Shown here one piece after another: positions 52,934 through 63,242 of a stretch of DNA of 64,000 nucleotides. Location of the stretch: contig CAVPBK010000006.1 of the NCBI GenBank assembly GCA_963701855.1, forward strand, positions 480,001 to 544,000. Direction: 5' to 3'. Positions within the stretch are counted from its first letter, which is position 1; each line of letters opens with the position of its first letter. The notes beneath the pieces were generated by a model. That model searched no databases. It worked only from the letters and a program-made list of their open reading frames with translations, and had not been told where the DNA came from. The position numbers and the translations under genes were made by a program. Origin of the DNA: Nitrospirota bacterium (GTDB lineage: Bacteria > Nitrospirota > Nitrospiria > Nitrospirales > Nitrospiraceae).

Positions 52934-53677
52934 TCAGGGCATCAACATCCCCCCGTTCACGTGCAACACGTGCCCAGTGATGTAGGCTGCCTCGTCCGAT
53001 ACTAGAAACCGCACTGCCGACGCAATATCGGCCGGTGTGCCCAGCCTTCCCAATGGAATTTGCTTCTGAAGCGTCTCTTTCACCTCCGTCGGCAACCCCT
53101 GCGTCATGGCAGTATCGATGAATCCTGGCGCGACCGCGTTCACCGTCACTGAGCGGCTCGCATATTCCCGTGCCACCGTCTTTGTCAACCCGATCACCGC
53201 CGCCTTAGACGCCGCATAATTGGCCTGACCCACATTCCCCATCACCCCGACGATCGACGCAATGTTGACGATACGACCATAGCGCTGTTTGGTCATCGGG
53301 AGCAAGACCGCCTTCGTACAGTTGAAGGTTCCGTTCAAATTGACTTGCAACACCAGATTCCAGTCTTCTTCCTTCATCCGCAACAACAGCCCGTCTCGTG
53401 TAATCCCGGCATTGTTCACCAGAATATCAACCTTCCCCCACTCCTTGAGTACCTGGTCGACCATTGTTTTGGTATCGGCAGCATCAGCCACATTCACTTT
53501 GACGTTCAGCGCCTTGCGGCCCAACTGCTCCACCGCCGCAACCGTATCCTTCGACCGGCTCGGATCAAGATCGGCGACCACAATATCGGCCCCAGCTTGC
53601 GCCAATGACTCGGCAATGGCCCGGCCGATCCCTTGCGCCGCCCCTGTGACAATCGCAACCTTACCATGGAGTGACAT
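52934..53677 (-). CDS. fabG: 3-oxoacyl-ACP reductase
   Basis: TGAAQGIG, NNAGITRD, YAASK, APGFIDT. Confidence 0.98.
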   Translation of the reverse strand: MSLHGKVAIVTGAAQGIGRAIAESLAQAGADIVVADLDPSRSKDTVAAVEQLGRKALNVKVNVADAADTKTMVDQVLKEWGKVDILVNNAGITRDGLLLRMKEEDWNLVLQVNLNGTFNCTKAVLLPMTKQRYGRIVNIASIVGVMGNVGQANYAASKAAVIGLTKTVAREYASRSVTVNAVAPGFIDTAMTQGLPTEVKETLQKQIPLGRLGTPADIASAVRFLVSDEAAYITGHVLHVNGGMLMP

Positions 53678-53698
53678 CCGCTCGCTCCTCACATCCCT

Positions 53699-54658
53699 TC
53701 ACGCACTGAACGCAGCACGGGTCGCATCGAGCGACTTAGGATCATTGACATTCATAGTCGCCGCATCCGGCAGAATCCGCTTGATCAAGCCGCTTAGCAC
53801 TACTCCGGGCCCAACCTCGACGAATGTCGTCACACCCATCGCAGCCATGGCTTTCACCGAATCTTCCCAGAGTACCGATGAAGGAAGTTGTCGTACCAGC
53901 GATGCTTGAATGTCGCTCGCCTTCGTGATGGCTTTTGCTTCGGCATTATTAATCAGCGGCATTTTGAGATCGGACCAGGTAATCGCAGCCAAATCTCCGG
54001 CAAGTCGATCGGCAGCTTTTTGCATCAGCGGCGTATGCACCGGCACACTCACGGGAAGTGGAATCGCCCTCTTACATCCCTTGGCCTTCGCCAGTTCAAT
54101 GGCCCGTTCCACTGCAGCTTTTTCCCCGGCAATGACAATCTGACCGGGTGAGTTGAAATTTGCCGCAGCCACGATCCCCACAGATGAGGCATCCCGGCAC
54201 ACCTCTTTCACGACATCGACCGTGAGGCCGAGTAACGCAGCGACAAGGCCTGTCCCAGGCGGGACGGCTTCGGTCATATAGCGACCTCGCTTCTGCACGA
54301 CCGCCACCGCCTCACGATAAGTCATTCCCTCAGCGGCAACAAGAGCCGAGTACTCACCCAGGCTATGACCGGCCACTGCGATCGGCACAACGCCAAACGG
54401 TTTGAACGCATAGAGTGCGGCAAGGCTGCTCACCAACAATGCCGGCTGAGTATATTCCGTGAGATTCAATTGCTCCGCCGGCCCATCAAAACATAGCGCA
54501 GCGATGTCATACCCCAACACCGACGAGGCCTCTTCGTAGAGCCCCCTGATACCTGGATAGGCTTCAGCCAACGCTCTCCCCATCCCGACCGACTGAGACC
54601 CCTGGCCAGGGAAGACCAATCCAATTCCAGATGACCTTGTTGGTTGGAGCGTCGTCAT
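53699..54658 (-). CDS. fabD: Malonyl CoA-ACP transacylase
   Basis: FPGQGSQ, TQPA, GHSLGEY, EVGPG. Confidence 0.97.
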   Translation of the reverse strand: MTTLQPTRSSGIGLVFPGQGSQSVGMGRALAEAYPGIRGLYEEASSVLGYDIAALCFDGPAEQLNLTEYTQPALLVSSLAALYAFKPFGVVPIAVAGHSLGEYSALVAAEGMTYREAVAVVQKRGRYMTEAVPPGTGLVAALLGLTVDVVKEVCRDASSVGIVAAANFNSPGQIVIAGEKAAVERAIELAKAKGCKRAIPLPVSVPVHTPLMQKAADRLAGDLAAITWSDLKMPLINNAEAKAITKASDIQASLVRQLPSSVLWEDSVKAMAAMGVTTFVEVGPGVVLSGLIKRILPDAATMNVNDPKSLDATRAAFSA

Positions 54659-54854
54659 ACTACTGGAGCGATTGCGCGAGGCTGCTGGCTATACTCATCA
54701 TCGTAATATAAGCTGGAACGAACGTGCCGCACCGTCTCAGCGGGGTTAGATATCGTCGAATTTCCCTTGAATGTCAACGGGAAAAGTTTGTTTGACGCTG
54801 TCAGCCCTCAGCTATCAGCCAATCCTTTGAGCTGAATGCTGATTACTTCTCCTG

Positions 54855-55829
54855 CTACCACCTGATAAGTGCCGATGCCCATGTGAGTCCCGCACCAAAC
54901 GCACCTAGCATGACAAGACTTCCTTCTTTAATTCGCCCCTGCTGAATAGCTTCATCCAAGGCAATAGGAATCGAGGCCGCTGATGTGTTGCCATACCGAT
55001 CGAGATTCAGCATCACTTTCTCCAGCGGAAGCCCGAGACGCTCGGCCACGGCCTTGAGAATACGCATATTCGCTTGGTGCGGCACATACAGGTCGAGATC
55101 CTCAACACGGAGATGATTCGCAGCCAAGGTCTCCCGCGCGACCTCTTCCAAGCTGCGAACCGCCACCTTAAAGGTCTCGTTCCCCTTCATCTTGATGTAC
55201 TGCATCCGTTCCACCACGACCTTTTCAGAGGGCGGCAGACGCGATCCTCCTCCTGGCACCGCAATCAAATCACAGAGTGCGCCATCGGAACGAAGATGCG
55301 TAGACAGGATGCCGCGGTGGTTCTCACTGGCACTGATCAACGCCGCTCCAGCCCCATCGCCGAACAAAATACAGGTGTTGCGATCGGTCCAGTCGGTAAT
55401 CGCCGACATCACTTCCGACCCGATAATCAATACATGGCGCATGCCGGTTTTCACATAGGCATCCGCCACCGATAACGCGTAGACGAACCCGCAACAGGCA
55501 GCCGACAGATCACAGGCCGCTGCACGCGTCGCCCCCAGCTGATGTTGAATCAGACAGGCGGTGGCAGGAATCGGGTAATCCCCGGTGCAGGTAGCCAACA
55601 GAATCAGGTCAAGATCGGCCGCACTCACCCCCGCAGCCGCCAGAGCCCGTTCTGCCGCCTTGACTGCCAGATCGGAGCAGGCTTCACCGGGACCGGCCAC
55701 ATGCCGCTCACGGATACCGGTCCGTTCAACAATCCATTCGTCCGAGGTCGCCACCATCTGTTCGAGGTCGGCATTGGTCAGCACCTTGGCCGGCACGTAC
55801 GATCCGGTCCCTGCAATGCGGGCCTTCAT
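54855..55829 (-). CDS. fabH: 3-oxoacyl-ACP synthase III
   Basis: AACCGF, FGDGAGA, PHQAN, GNTSAAS. Confidence 0.98.
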   Translation of the reverse strand: MKARIAGTGSYVPAKVLTNADLEQMVATSDEWIVERTGIRERHVAGPGEACSDLAVKAAERALAAAGVSAADLDLILLATCTGDYPIPATACLIQHQLGATRAAACDLSAACCGFVYALSVADAYVKTGMRHVLIIGSEVMSAITDWTDRNTCILFGDGAGAALISASENHRGILSTHLRSDGALCDLIAVPGGGSRLPPSEKVVVERMQYIKMKGNETFKVAVRSLEEVARETLAANHLRVEDLDLYVPHQANMRILKAVAERLGLPLEKVMLNLDRYGNTSAASIPIALDEAIQQGRIKEGSLVMLGAFGAGLTWASALIRW

Positions 55830-56851
55830 GCCGGCAAATCCTCGATGGGCTTGGACTGCGAGACACTTTCTTCAATGTCGCGTCGAATCAGCTCATCGAC
55901 TCGACTCTCTGCCAACCCCTTCGCCCGGCGAATGGCATTCTTGATCGCCTTGGCAGACGAACGGCCATGGCAAATCATCGTAATGCCGTTGACACCCAGA
56001 AGCGGCGCTCCGCCGAATTCCGCGTAATCGATTCGCTTCTTTAAGTTCAGCAGCGGCTTGGCAATGAGCGGGTAGGCCAAACGGCCGAAGAAGGATCCGG
56101 AGATTTCCTTCACCAGCAATTTCTTGATCGTATCTGCGACTCCCTCGGAAATCTTCAGCGCGACGTTCCCGATGAAACCATCGCACACCACGACATCAGC
56201 GCTCCCACTATACACATCACGACCTTCGATATTACCGATGAAGTTAATCGGGCTGGCTTTGAGAAGCTTGAACGCCTCCTTCGTAACCTCATTCCCTTTG
56301 CCGTCTTCTTCCCCGATACTCAGCAGCCCAACACGTGGGTTGGGCTTCCCAAAAAGATATTTGCCATACTCATTCCCCATGATGGCAAATTGGGCCAGAT
56401 GCTGAGCCGTACAGTCCACGTTCGCCCCCACATCCAACATAATCGCCGTACCGGTCAGCGTGGGCAAGCTTGTTGCGATTGCCGGACGCTCGACACCCTT
56501 CGTCAGCCCGAGCACAAAAAACGATGCCACCATGCTGGCGCCGGTATTCCCGGGACTGACTACAGCGCTCGCCTCACCGCTCTTGACCAATTCAGTGGCA
56601 ACCCAGATTGAAGAATCCCGCTTCTTCCGGGCGACGGTAGCCGGCGACTCGTGCATCTCGACGACCTGCGAAGCGTGCCGAATAGACAGGCGGGGGTCCG
56701 TGCAGCCGAGACGGCGACATTCCGCCGTGAGCGTAGCTTCGTCACCAACCAGAAGCACTTCAACATCACATTCCTGGGCGGCCTGGAGAGCCCCCTCAAT
56801 GGCTGGGGCCGGCCCATGGTCACCGCCCATGACATCAAGCGCAATCTTCAT
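55826..56851 (-). CDS. plsX: Phosphate acyltransferase
   Basis: IALDVMGGD, GNTGA, LDVGAN, DGFIGNVALK, HGRS. Confidence 0.98.
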   Translation of the reverse strand: MKIALDVMGGDHGPAPAIEGALQAAQECDVEVLLVGDEATLTAECRRLGCTDPRLSIRHASQVVEMHESPATVARKKRDSSIWVATELVKSGEASAVVSPGNTGASMVASFFVLGLTKGVERPAIATSLPTLTGTAIMLDVGANVDCTAQHLAQFAIMGNEYGKYLFGKPNPRVGLLSIGEEDGKGNEVTKEAFKLLKASPINFIGNIEGRDVYSGSADVVVCDGFIGNVALKISEGVADTIKKLLVKEISGSFFGRLAYPLIAKPLLNLKKRIDYAEFGGAPLLGVNGITMICHGRSSAKAIKNAIRRAKGLAESRVDELIRRDIEESVSQSKPIEDLPA

Positions 56852-57048
56852 AGAGGTTGAGTATTCACCGACTGATGACGTGTCACGCGGTCACGAAAGA
56901 AGAGCAGCCGTCACCACGCTACATGCGGTAGGATTTTAGTTCAGTGAACTGATCGACGCAACAGGCAAACCGATCTCATCACGTCGTGATCCATGAAACC
57001 ACCGAGCCCAACAAGCACGGCGCAACGGCCCCATCACGAGCCAGCCGA

Positions 57049-57177
57049 GCAGGCTGTTCAAAAAGGCCGTCCGGCAAGGCCGCAACGAACGAAGAGGCGA
57101 CGCGTACTCCGTCCCGTACGTGGAGTCTCTGAGCAACGTGAGAACGCCGCTGGCGGACTTTTTCAACAGCCTGCTAG
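57049..57177 (-). mobile_element. Family A MITE core copy
   Basis: GCAGGCTGTTCAAAAAGG ... TTTTTCAACAGCCTGCTAG; the CTAG contains the rpmF stop. Confidence 0.85.
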
Positions 57178-57359
57178 GATTCTTCGACCTGGATAACCGC
57201 CTTGCCCTTGTATGTTCCGCAATTCAAACAGGTGTAATGCGGCAGCTTGATCTCGTGGCACTGCGGACAGACGGACATGCCTGGCGGGGTGATGCGCAAT
57301 TTTTGTGTGCGCCGCTTGTCGCGTCGTTCCCGTGAATGTTTATGTTTCGGATTTGGCAT
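57174..57359 (-). CDS. rpmF: 50S ribosomal protein L32 (zinc-ribbon form)
   Basis: MPNPKHKHS...CPQC...PH..CLNCG.YKG. Confidence 0.97.
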   Translation of the reverse strand: MPNPKHKHSRERRDKRRTQKLRITPPGMSVCPQCHEIKLPHYTCLNCGTYKGKAVIQVEES

Positions 57360-57396
57360 GGCAACTCCTTCTTACTTTCGATAACAGGCGGTCACG

Positions 57397-57987
57397 CTAC
57401 GATGCTGACGATCCGCCGGTCTTGCGTTTCATGCTCTGGACCACCCGAAATGTCGGAATCGGTGGTTCCACGGCACACTGACAAGATCCCTCATTCAAAT
57501 TGTTCCCACATCGCGCACAGAGCCCCAAGCAATCGTCACTACAGAGCGGCTGCATCGGCGCAGATAGGATCACATGTTCACGCAGCATAGGAGCCAGTTC
57601 CAACTGATTACCCTGATAGTGATATTGATCGTCGGGCTCCTCTTCTGGTTCGGCCTCCACCACCTCCGCACGCGTCTTGCGATGGTCGACTCGCTTCGGA
57701 TGACGCGGCGCTGGCTTAGGCTCAGGAATAAAGGCCGCCCGTACGGAAAAAGCCAGCGGATCCTCAAACTCCGTCAAGCACCGCACACATTCACGGACAA
57801 TCGTGCCTTCCAGCACACCGGTCACGGCAACCAGCCCTTCAATCTTAGTCAGGTCCAGACTCACCGCCAACGGACCTAGGACCACAACGTCATCCTCGGT
57901 AAGGTCGAGTTCCTCAGCCGTCACTTCGCCAACCAGCGAGAGCCCATCAATAGTGATGTCGGCCAGCAGCGGTCTGAGCAGTTCCAT
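57397..57987 (-). CDS. DUF177/YceD family protein
   Basis: ECVRCL and PMQPLCSDDCLGLC..CG.NLN; upstream of rpmF; start may be 58005-58017. Confidence 0.9.
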   Translation of the reverse strand: MELLRPLLADITIDGLSLVGEVTAEELDLTEDDVVVLGPLAVSLDLTKIEGLVAVTGVLEGTIVRECVRCLTEFEDPLAFSVRAAFIPEPKPAPRHPKRVDHRKTRAEVVEAEPEEEPDDQYHYQGNQLELAPMLREHVILSAPMQPLCSDDCLGLCARCGNNLNEGSCQCAVEPPIPTFRVVQSMKRKTGGSSAS

Positions 57988-58026
57988 CGTGGCACCTACC
58001 TGCATTCCCATCCCCAACGTGACCAG

Positions 58027-58290
58027 TTATCGCTCTTCCGCAAAGCTGATGAGTGCGATGTGCCGAGCTCGCTTGACGGCGGCCGTCAATTCACGCTGAT
58101 GCCTCATGCAATTGCCGGAGATGCGCCGCGGGACAATCCGACCCCGCTCAGTTAAAAAGTTTCTCAACAGCCCAACATCTTTGAAATCGATCGACCCTTT
58201 GTCGATACAAAACCTGCAAGGCCGTCTGCGTTGAAAAAACCGTCCTCCACCGCCGCCGTCTCGATCTCCACCTTGTTGTTCACGCTCCAT
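58027..58290 (-). CDS. rpsR: 30S ribosomal protein S18
   Basis: [24 protein letters not shown]....AVKRAR. Confidence 0.98.
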   Translation of the reverse strand: MEREQQGGDRDGGGGGRFFQRRRPCRFCIDKGSIDFKDVGLLRNFLTERGRIVPRRISGNCMRHQRELTAAVKRARHIALISFAEER

Positions 58291-58308
58291 AAACCGTCTC
58301 CCTATTTG

Positions 58309-58716
58309 TTAGACGTGCTCGTCGGATTCATACCCGGCATCATCGTGCACAGGAGCCTCAGTCCCGACACCCCCGCCACCGCCATCCTGGCGTTTCGGCA
58401 TGAACGTCACCGTTTGGGCCACCACCTCGTGCTTGCTGCGCTTCTGGCCGTCTTCCGTTTCCCATCGGCGCTGCTGCAACCGCCCATCGACGATGATTCC
58501 GTTCCCCTTGCTGAGATACTGTCCGCAATGTTCCGCCTGCTTGCCGAAGACGACAATGTCGACAAAGCAGACTTCTTCTTTCAATTCATCGCCCTGCTTG
58601 TATCGCCGACTGACCGCGAGGCCCAAACTGGCCACCGGGGTCCCGTTCGGCGTATACCGCAGCTCAGGATTCCGTGTGAGGTTCCCGAGGAGAACGACTT
58701 TATTAAATCCGGCCAC
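58309..58716 (-). CDS. ssb: Single-stranded DNA-binding protein
   Basis: NKVVLLGNLTRNPELRYT, YLSKG, GRLQQRRWE; acidic tail lacks the usual DDIPF. Confidence 0.96.
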   Translation of the reverse strand: MAGFNKVVLLGNLTRNPELRYTPNGTPVASLGLAVSRRYKQGDELKEEVCFVDIVVFGKQAEHCGQYLSKGNGIIVDGRLQQRRWETEDGQKRSKHEVVAQTVTFMPKRQDGGGGGVGTEAPVHDDAGYESDEHV

Positions 58717-59050
58717 CGGCAAATTCCTCCGATGACGCCTCGAGCGGCCGTGGCGGCACTAGTTCTTTTTTGAGGTGGACGGTCAAAAACTTGATGATCG
58801 TATCTTCCAGCCGATAGGAGCGCTCTAATTCACCCACCGTGATGTTGGGCGCTCTGAAGTAGAAGTAGGCGTACGTGCCCTTCCGCTCCCGCTTCACCTC
58901 GTAGGCAAGTTTCTTCTTGCCCCAATTTTCTGACTTGATGAACTGCGCGCCGGTCTTCTCCGCCACCGCCTTCATCTTCTCAATCAAGGCAGTGGTCTCC
59001 TGGTCGGAGACGGACGCACGAATAATGAACAGAGACTCGTAGAGCTCCAT
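58703..59050 (-). CDS. rpsF: 30S ribosomal protein S6
   Basis: YESLFII, WGKKKLAYEV, G.Y. Confidence 0.97.
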   Translation of the reverse strand: MELYESLFIIRASVSDQETTALIEKMKAVAEKTGAQFIKSENWGKKKLAYEVKRERKGTYAYFYFRAPNITVGELERSYRLEDTIIKFLTVHLKKELVPPRPLEASSEEFAGGRI

Positions 59051-59058
59051 GCAGCAAT

Positions 59059-59100
59059 CCTCCTGGACAAAGGCCCCGAGACTAGCCCGGAGCAAGGTGT
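59059..59100 (-). promoter_or_regulatory. Candidate rpsF leader (S6:S18-binding-type RNA structure sequestering the RBS)
   Basis: Minus strand ACCTT-GCTCCGGG-CTAGT-CTCGGGGC-CTTTGTCC-AGGAGG; canonical CCG motif not exact. Confidence 0.45.
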
Positions 59101-59180
59101 AGGCGCCTCTATATGAGGCTCAAAGAACGGTGGACGGTATCACAGCGAAACTCTGGCTGTCAACGAATCGGCTCGCTAAT

Positions 59181-59319
59181 CGCAGAGGAGCGTGTGCCTG
59201 GGCTCGTCGCTCCTCACCTCTCGGAGTGGAGCGCGGAGACTGAGGCGTACCCTTGTGGTACGTCGCAAGGAGACGGGAGACTGAGAACGCAGTGAGCCGC
59301 CTCTTTCAGCAGCCTGTTA
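59181..59319 (-). mobile_element. Family A MITE, degenerate copy
   Basis: TTTCAGCAGCCTGTTA end supplies the ychF stop; internal GAGGCGTACC...GGTACGT and GAGAACG; the far end is unclear. Confidence 0.65.
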
Positions 59320-60408
59320 CACGTTGAAGCGGAAGTAGACGATATCCGCTTCTTTAATCACGTAGTCTTTACCTTCGAGGCGAAACAACCCCTTCTCCTT
59401 CACCTTCGCCTCTGACCCGCAGGCCATCAGATCATCGTAGTGATAGACCTCTGCACGGATAAATCCGCGCTCCATGTCGGAGTGAATCTTTCCTGCTGCT
59501 TGCGGCGCCTTCGTGTTTTTCGGAATCGGCCAGGCTCGGGATTCGATTTCTCCAGCCGTAAAGAAAGTCACGATGTTCAGCAATGTGTAGGCTTCGCGGG
59601 TCAGCCGTACAAGACCTGATTCCGTGAGCCCCATCTCTTTCAAAAAGTCGGTTCGTTCGGATTCAGGTAACGTGGAGAGTTCCGCTTCGAGTTGGCCGCA
59701 GATCGTGACGACGCGCGCGCCGCGTTTGTCGGCAAACTCGCAAACGGCCTTCACCATCGCTTCATCGGCGCTGGCCTGTTCCGATACATTGGCCACGAAG
59801 AGCACCGGTTTCGCTGCCAGCAATTGACATTCATCGAGCACCACGCGCTCTTCGGGACTGTAGGTCAGGTTGCCCAACCATTCGCCCTTATCGAGCAATC
59901 CAATCAGTTTGTCGATAAAGGCCATTTCAAACACAGCTTTTTTATCGCCGGCTCGAACCTTCTTTTCTGTCTTCTGTTTCCGCCGATCGAGCGTGTCGAG
60001 GTCAGCCAACAGCAACTCGGTTTCAATGATGCCGATGTCTCGGAGAGGGTTCACCGCTCCGCTGACGTGCACGATATCCGTTCCTTGAAAGCAGCGAACG
60101 ACATGGAGCAGCGCATCGACTTCTCGGATGTGCCCAAGAAACTGATTGCCGAGGCCTTCACCCTTGCTCGCCCCTTCTACCAGTCCGGCAATATCGCGCA
60201 CCTCTAGCGTGCTATAAGTCGTCTTCTTCGACTTGAAGAGGTCGGTGAGGACTCCGAGTCGCGGATCCGGCACCAGGACAATGCCGGTATTGGGATCGAC
60301 AGTCGCAAAGGGATAATTAGCCGCCAACGCGCCACTGCCTGTGAGCGCATTGAAGACGGTAGTCTTCCCCACGTTCGGGAGTCCGATCATGCCGCAACAT
60401 AAACCCAT
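59317..60408 (-). CDS. ychF: Redox-regulated ATPase YchF
   Basis: GLPNVGKTT, ANYPFAT, DIAGLV.GAS.GEGLGNQFL, TGS domain. Confidence 0.98.
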   Translation of the reverse strand: MGLCCGMIGLPNVGKTTVFNALTGSGALAANYPFATVDPNTGIVLVPDPRLGVLTDLFKSKKTTYSTLEVRDIAGLVEGASKGEGLGNQFLGHIREVDALLHVVRCFQGTDIVHVSGAVNPLRDIGIIETELLLADLDTLDRRKQKTEKKVRAGDKKAVFEMAFIDKLIGLLDKGEWLGNLTYSPEERVVLDECQLLAAKPVLFVANVSEQASADEAMVKAVCEFADKRGARVVTICGQLEAELSTLPESERTDFLKEMGLTESGLVRLTREAYTLLNIVTFFTAGEIESRAWPIPKNTKAPQAAGKIHSDMERGFIRAEVYHYDDLMACGSEAKVKEKGLFRLEGKDYVIKEADIVYFRFNV

Positions 60409-60418
60409 TGATTACCTC

Positions 60419-60488
60419 AGTGCTGAGTCCAAAGTGCTGAGTGCTGAGAATAGGCTCGGAGGCTCTTTCGTCTCAGCACTCAGCACTT
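60419..60488. repeat. Family D inverted 7-bp tandem array
   Basis: Perfect 18-bp IR AAGTGCTGAGTGCTGAGA (60432-49) / TCTCAGCACTCAGCACTT (60471-88). Confidence 0.85.
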
Positions 60489-61071
60489 ATTCCTCTTCCG
60501 GCGTCTCCCGCTCCCGCACATTGAACTCGTTCATTGCCACTATTACTCCTCGATGAATCACACATTCCAACGCATCGACGGCACGATCGAGACAGGGATT
60601 CAACACCTCGATCTCTTCTCTCGTGAACGCCTGCAACACATAGTCGGCCGAATCCTGACGCGGTGCTGGCCGACCGATTCCGATCTTGACTCGCACAAAT
60701 TGGGGTGTCCCGATCGCGTCGATGACCGATTTGATCCCGTTATGTCCCCCATGCCCACCGGCTTGCTTGATCCTGAGACGCCCCAGCTCGAGATCGAGAT
60801 CGTCATGGATGAGAATCAGGTCGTCGGCGGTCAGCGAATACTCACGCAGGAGGCCTTTGAGCGGAGGACCGGTGATGTTCATCCAATCGAGGGTGCCGGC
60901 GAGTTCGAGGAGTTCCGACCCGAGTCGCCCCGATCCACGATGAGTCATGCCGCGCTTGGCGAGACGGATGGACCACCGAGCCGCGGCCCGCTCGATGGCC
61001 CACATGCCGACGTTGTGGCGGGTTTGGGCATAGGCCGCGCCAGGATTGCCCAGCCCTACGATGAGGCGCAA
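60487..61071 (-). CDS. pth: Peptidyl-tRNA hydrolase
   Basis: LIVGLGNPG..Y..TRHNVG, HDDLD, GGHNG, IGIGRP. Confidence 0.97.
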   Translation of the reverse strand: MRLIVGLGNPGAAYAQTRHNVGMWAIERAAARWSIRLAKRGMTHRGSGRLGSELLELAGTLDWMNITGPPLKGLLREYSLTADDLILIHDDLDLELGRLRIKQAGGHGGHNGIKSVIDAIGTPQFVRVKIGIGRPAPRQDSADYVLQAFTREEIEVLNPCLDRAVDALECVIHRGVIVAMNEFNVRERETPEEE

Positions 61072-61073
61072 CG

Positions 61074-61858
61074 TTACTTCTTCTTTTCGGCTTCTTTCTT
61101 CTCAGTTTTTGGCGCAGCAGCGCCTTTCTTCTCGCCGCCTTTCGCATCAGGAGCAGCCGCTGCAGCACCGGCTTTCGCCGGTTCACCACCCTCAACGCCT
61201 TCACCTGCCACTTTGCCCTTCGCGGCCACCTCAGGCTCTTTCGCGCCCTCTGGTGCGGCTGCACCACTTGCGAGGAGCGATTCAAGCTTGGCTTCCGTCA
61301 TTGGCGCAGCCACACTCACAACCATCTGCTCAGGGTCGTCCAGATAGCGGACCCCTTCGCGTGCGGCCAAGTCTTTCAAATGGAGACCTTGTGCAATGGC
61401 AAGCCCAGAAGCATCAACTTCGATAAAGTCTGGCAACGCAGCCGGCAGACACTCGATATGCAACTCACGCATATTATGGTGGAGGATGCCGCCTTCTTTG
61501 ACGCCGACAGGTATACCACCGGTCAAATGCAGGGGCACCTTCACGCGAATCGGCTTGTCCATCGAGATTTCAAACAAATCCGCATGCAGCACATGCCCTT
61601 CGACCGGATCGACCTGGAAATCTCGCAAAACGCAGTGCGGCTCGGTTTCGACTTTGCCCCGGTCAGCGTAAGAGACACGAGCGCGGCTCCCCCCGCTTGT
61701 GCTTTCAAAATCTTGACCAGGCTATCGGGTTCAATCGTCAAGAGCAGGCACTCACCCTGGCCATACAAAACACCAGGAATCTTCCCCTCTCGCCGAAGCT
61801 GACGCGCCGCACCCTTTCCTGTTTTGTCCCTTACTGTGACTGCTAGATCGAACTTCAT
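61074..61858 (-). CDS. rplY: 50S ribosomal protein L25/Ctc, split by a one-base frameshift near 61627-61630
   Basis: N-part GKGAARQLRREGKIPGVLYG (61858 frame) and C-part RDFQVDPV...LHADL...GVKEGG (61628 frame). Confidence 0.92.
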
Positions 61859-61908
61859 GATAAGCCTCCGTCCCCTTCTTACTGGTCTTTCAATACCTCG
61901 GTCTCAAG

Positions 61909-62114
61909 TTAGCAGGATGCTGAAAAAGTCCGCCAGCGGCGTTCTCGCGTCGCTTAGGGGCTCAACATACCGAAGCGTACGCCTCGCCTCTTCACTCGCT
62001 GCGGCCTTGCTGGACGGCCTTTTTGAGCATCCTGCGAGCGGTTCTCCTATTGTCCTAGTCGTGCGAACCAGCGAATTCCCACCGTGCCACAATGATTTTT
62101 CCGCAACCTGCTAG
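61909..62114 (+). mobile_element. Family A MITE, long form
   Basis: TTAG-CAGGATGCTGAAAAAG core, then an extension ending TTTTTCCGCAACCTG-CTAG; the CTAG supplies the prs stop. Confidence 0.88.
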
Positions 62115-63052
62115 GCAAATAATGAACTCACCGACTCATCTTCATGGATTCGCCTAATCGCCTCACCTAATAGTGGCGCGACCGATAATTGATGTAACTT
62201 CGGACAAACCTGCTCTTTGCCCCGTAATGGAATCGAATTGGTCACGATCACTTGCTTCAGGCAGGATTGCTGGATCCGTTCCAATGCCGGCCCGGTGAGC
62301 ACCGCGTGGGTACAGGCAGTCCACACTTCCCGGGCCCCGCGATCCATACAGGCCTGCGCCCCCTTCACGATGGTGCCGGCCGTGTCGATCATGTCGTCCA
62401 GTAACAGTGCGCTTTTGCCTGCGACGTCGCCGATGATGTTCATAATCTGCGTCTGATTCGGTCCTTCACGGCGCTTGTCGATAATCGCCAGGCTCGCTTC
62501 GAGCCGTTTTGCAAAAGCACGAGCTCGCTCGACCCCACCGGCGTCCGGCGAGACGACCACCAGGTCACTTACCTTCTTCTTTGTAATGTAATCCAACAAT
62601 ACCGGCAATGCATAGAGGTGGTCCACCGGAAGATTGAAGAACCCCTGAATCTGTCCCGCATGGAGGTCCATCGTCAGTACCCGATCGGTACCGGCGGTGC
62701 TGATGAGATCGGCCACGAGTTTCGCTGAGATCGGCACACGAGGCTGATCCTTACGATCCTGGCGAGCATAGCCAAAATACGGGATGACCGCGGTAATGCG
62801 ATTTGCGGAGGATCGTTTGAGCGCATCAATTATAATCAACAACTCCATCAGAGAGTCGTTAACCGGCTGGCAACTCGACTGCACGACGAACACGTCGCCG
62901 CCACGAACGTTTTCCTCGATCTTGACGCGAACTTCGCCGTCACTGAACGACCCAACGGTGGCCTCGCCGAGCTTGGTCCCAAGGTAGGCGCAAATCTCAT
63001 GGGCCAGGGCCGGATTCGCGTTGCCAGAGAATATCTGTAACTCTCCGCTCAT
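62111..63052 (-). CDS. prs: Ribose-phosphate pyrophosphokinase
   Basis: [42 protein letters not shown]. Confidence 0.99.
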   Translation of the reverse strand: MSGELQIFSGNANPALAHEICAYLGTKLGEATVGSFSDGEVRVKIEENVRGGDVFVVQSSCQPVNDSLMELLIIIDALKRSSANRITAVIPYFGYARQDRKDQPRVPISAKLVADLISTAGTDRVLTMDLHAGQIQGFFNLPVDHLYALPVLLDYITKKKVSDLVVVSPDAGGVERARAFAKRLEASLAIIDKRREGPNQTQIMNIIGDVAGKSALLLDDMIDTAGTIVKGAQACMDRGAREVWTACTHAVLTGPALERIQQSCLKQVIVTNSIPLRGKEQVCPKLHQLSVAPLLGEAIRRIHEDESVSSLFA

Positions 63053-63200
63053 CGATTCCTCAGAGGGTCTCTTGATGCAAACCGCGTCACGTTCTGATTT
63101 CGTAAAGGGTTCGTCTCGACGGCGGGCGTCGGTGGGCGAAGTCACAACCCGCCTACCGCTATTCGCTACGCGCTGTTGAGGAAGCCAGTTAAGGGGTGAG

Positions 63201-63230
63201 ACTGTAACGGAACTTACGGGGAGTTGTCAA
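63201..63230 (-). promoter_or_regulatory. Putative sigma70 promoter upstream of prs
   Basis: Minus strand TTGACA-N18-TACAGT. Confidence 0.6.
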
Positions 63231-63242
63231 CCGAGCCACGGC

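Noticed and set aside
63053..63242. tRNA-Gln between ispE and prs
   Set aside because: No cloverleaf or GTTCGA T-loop on either strand
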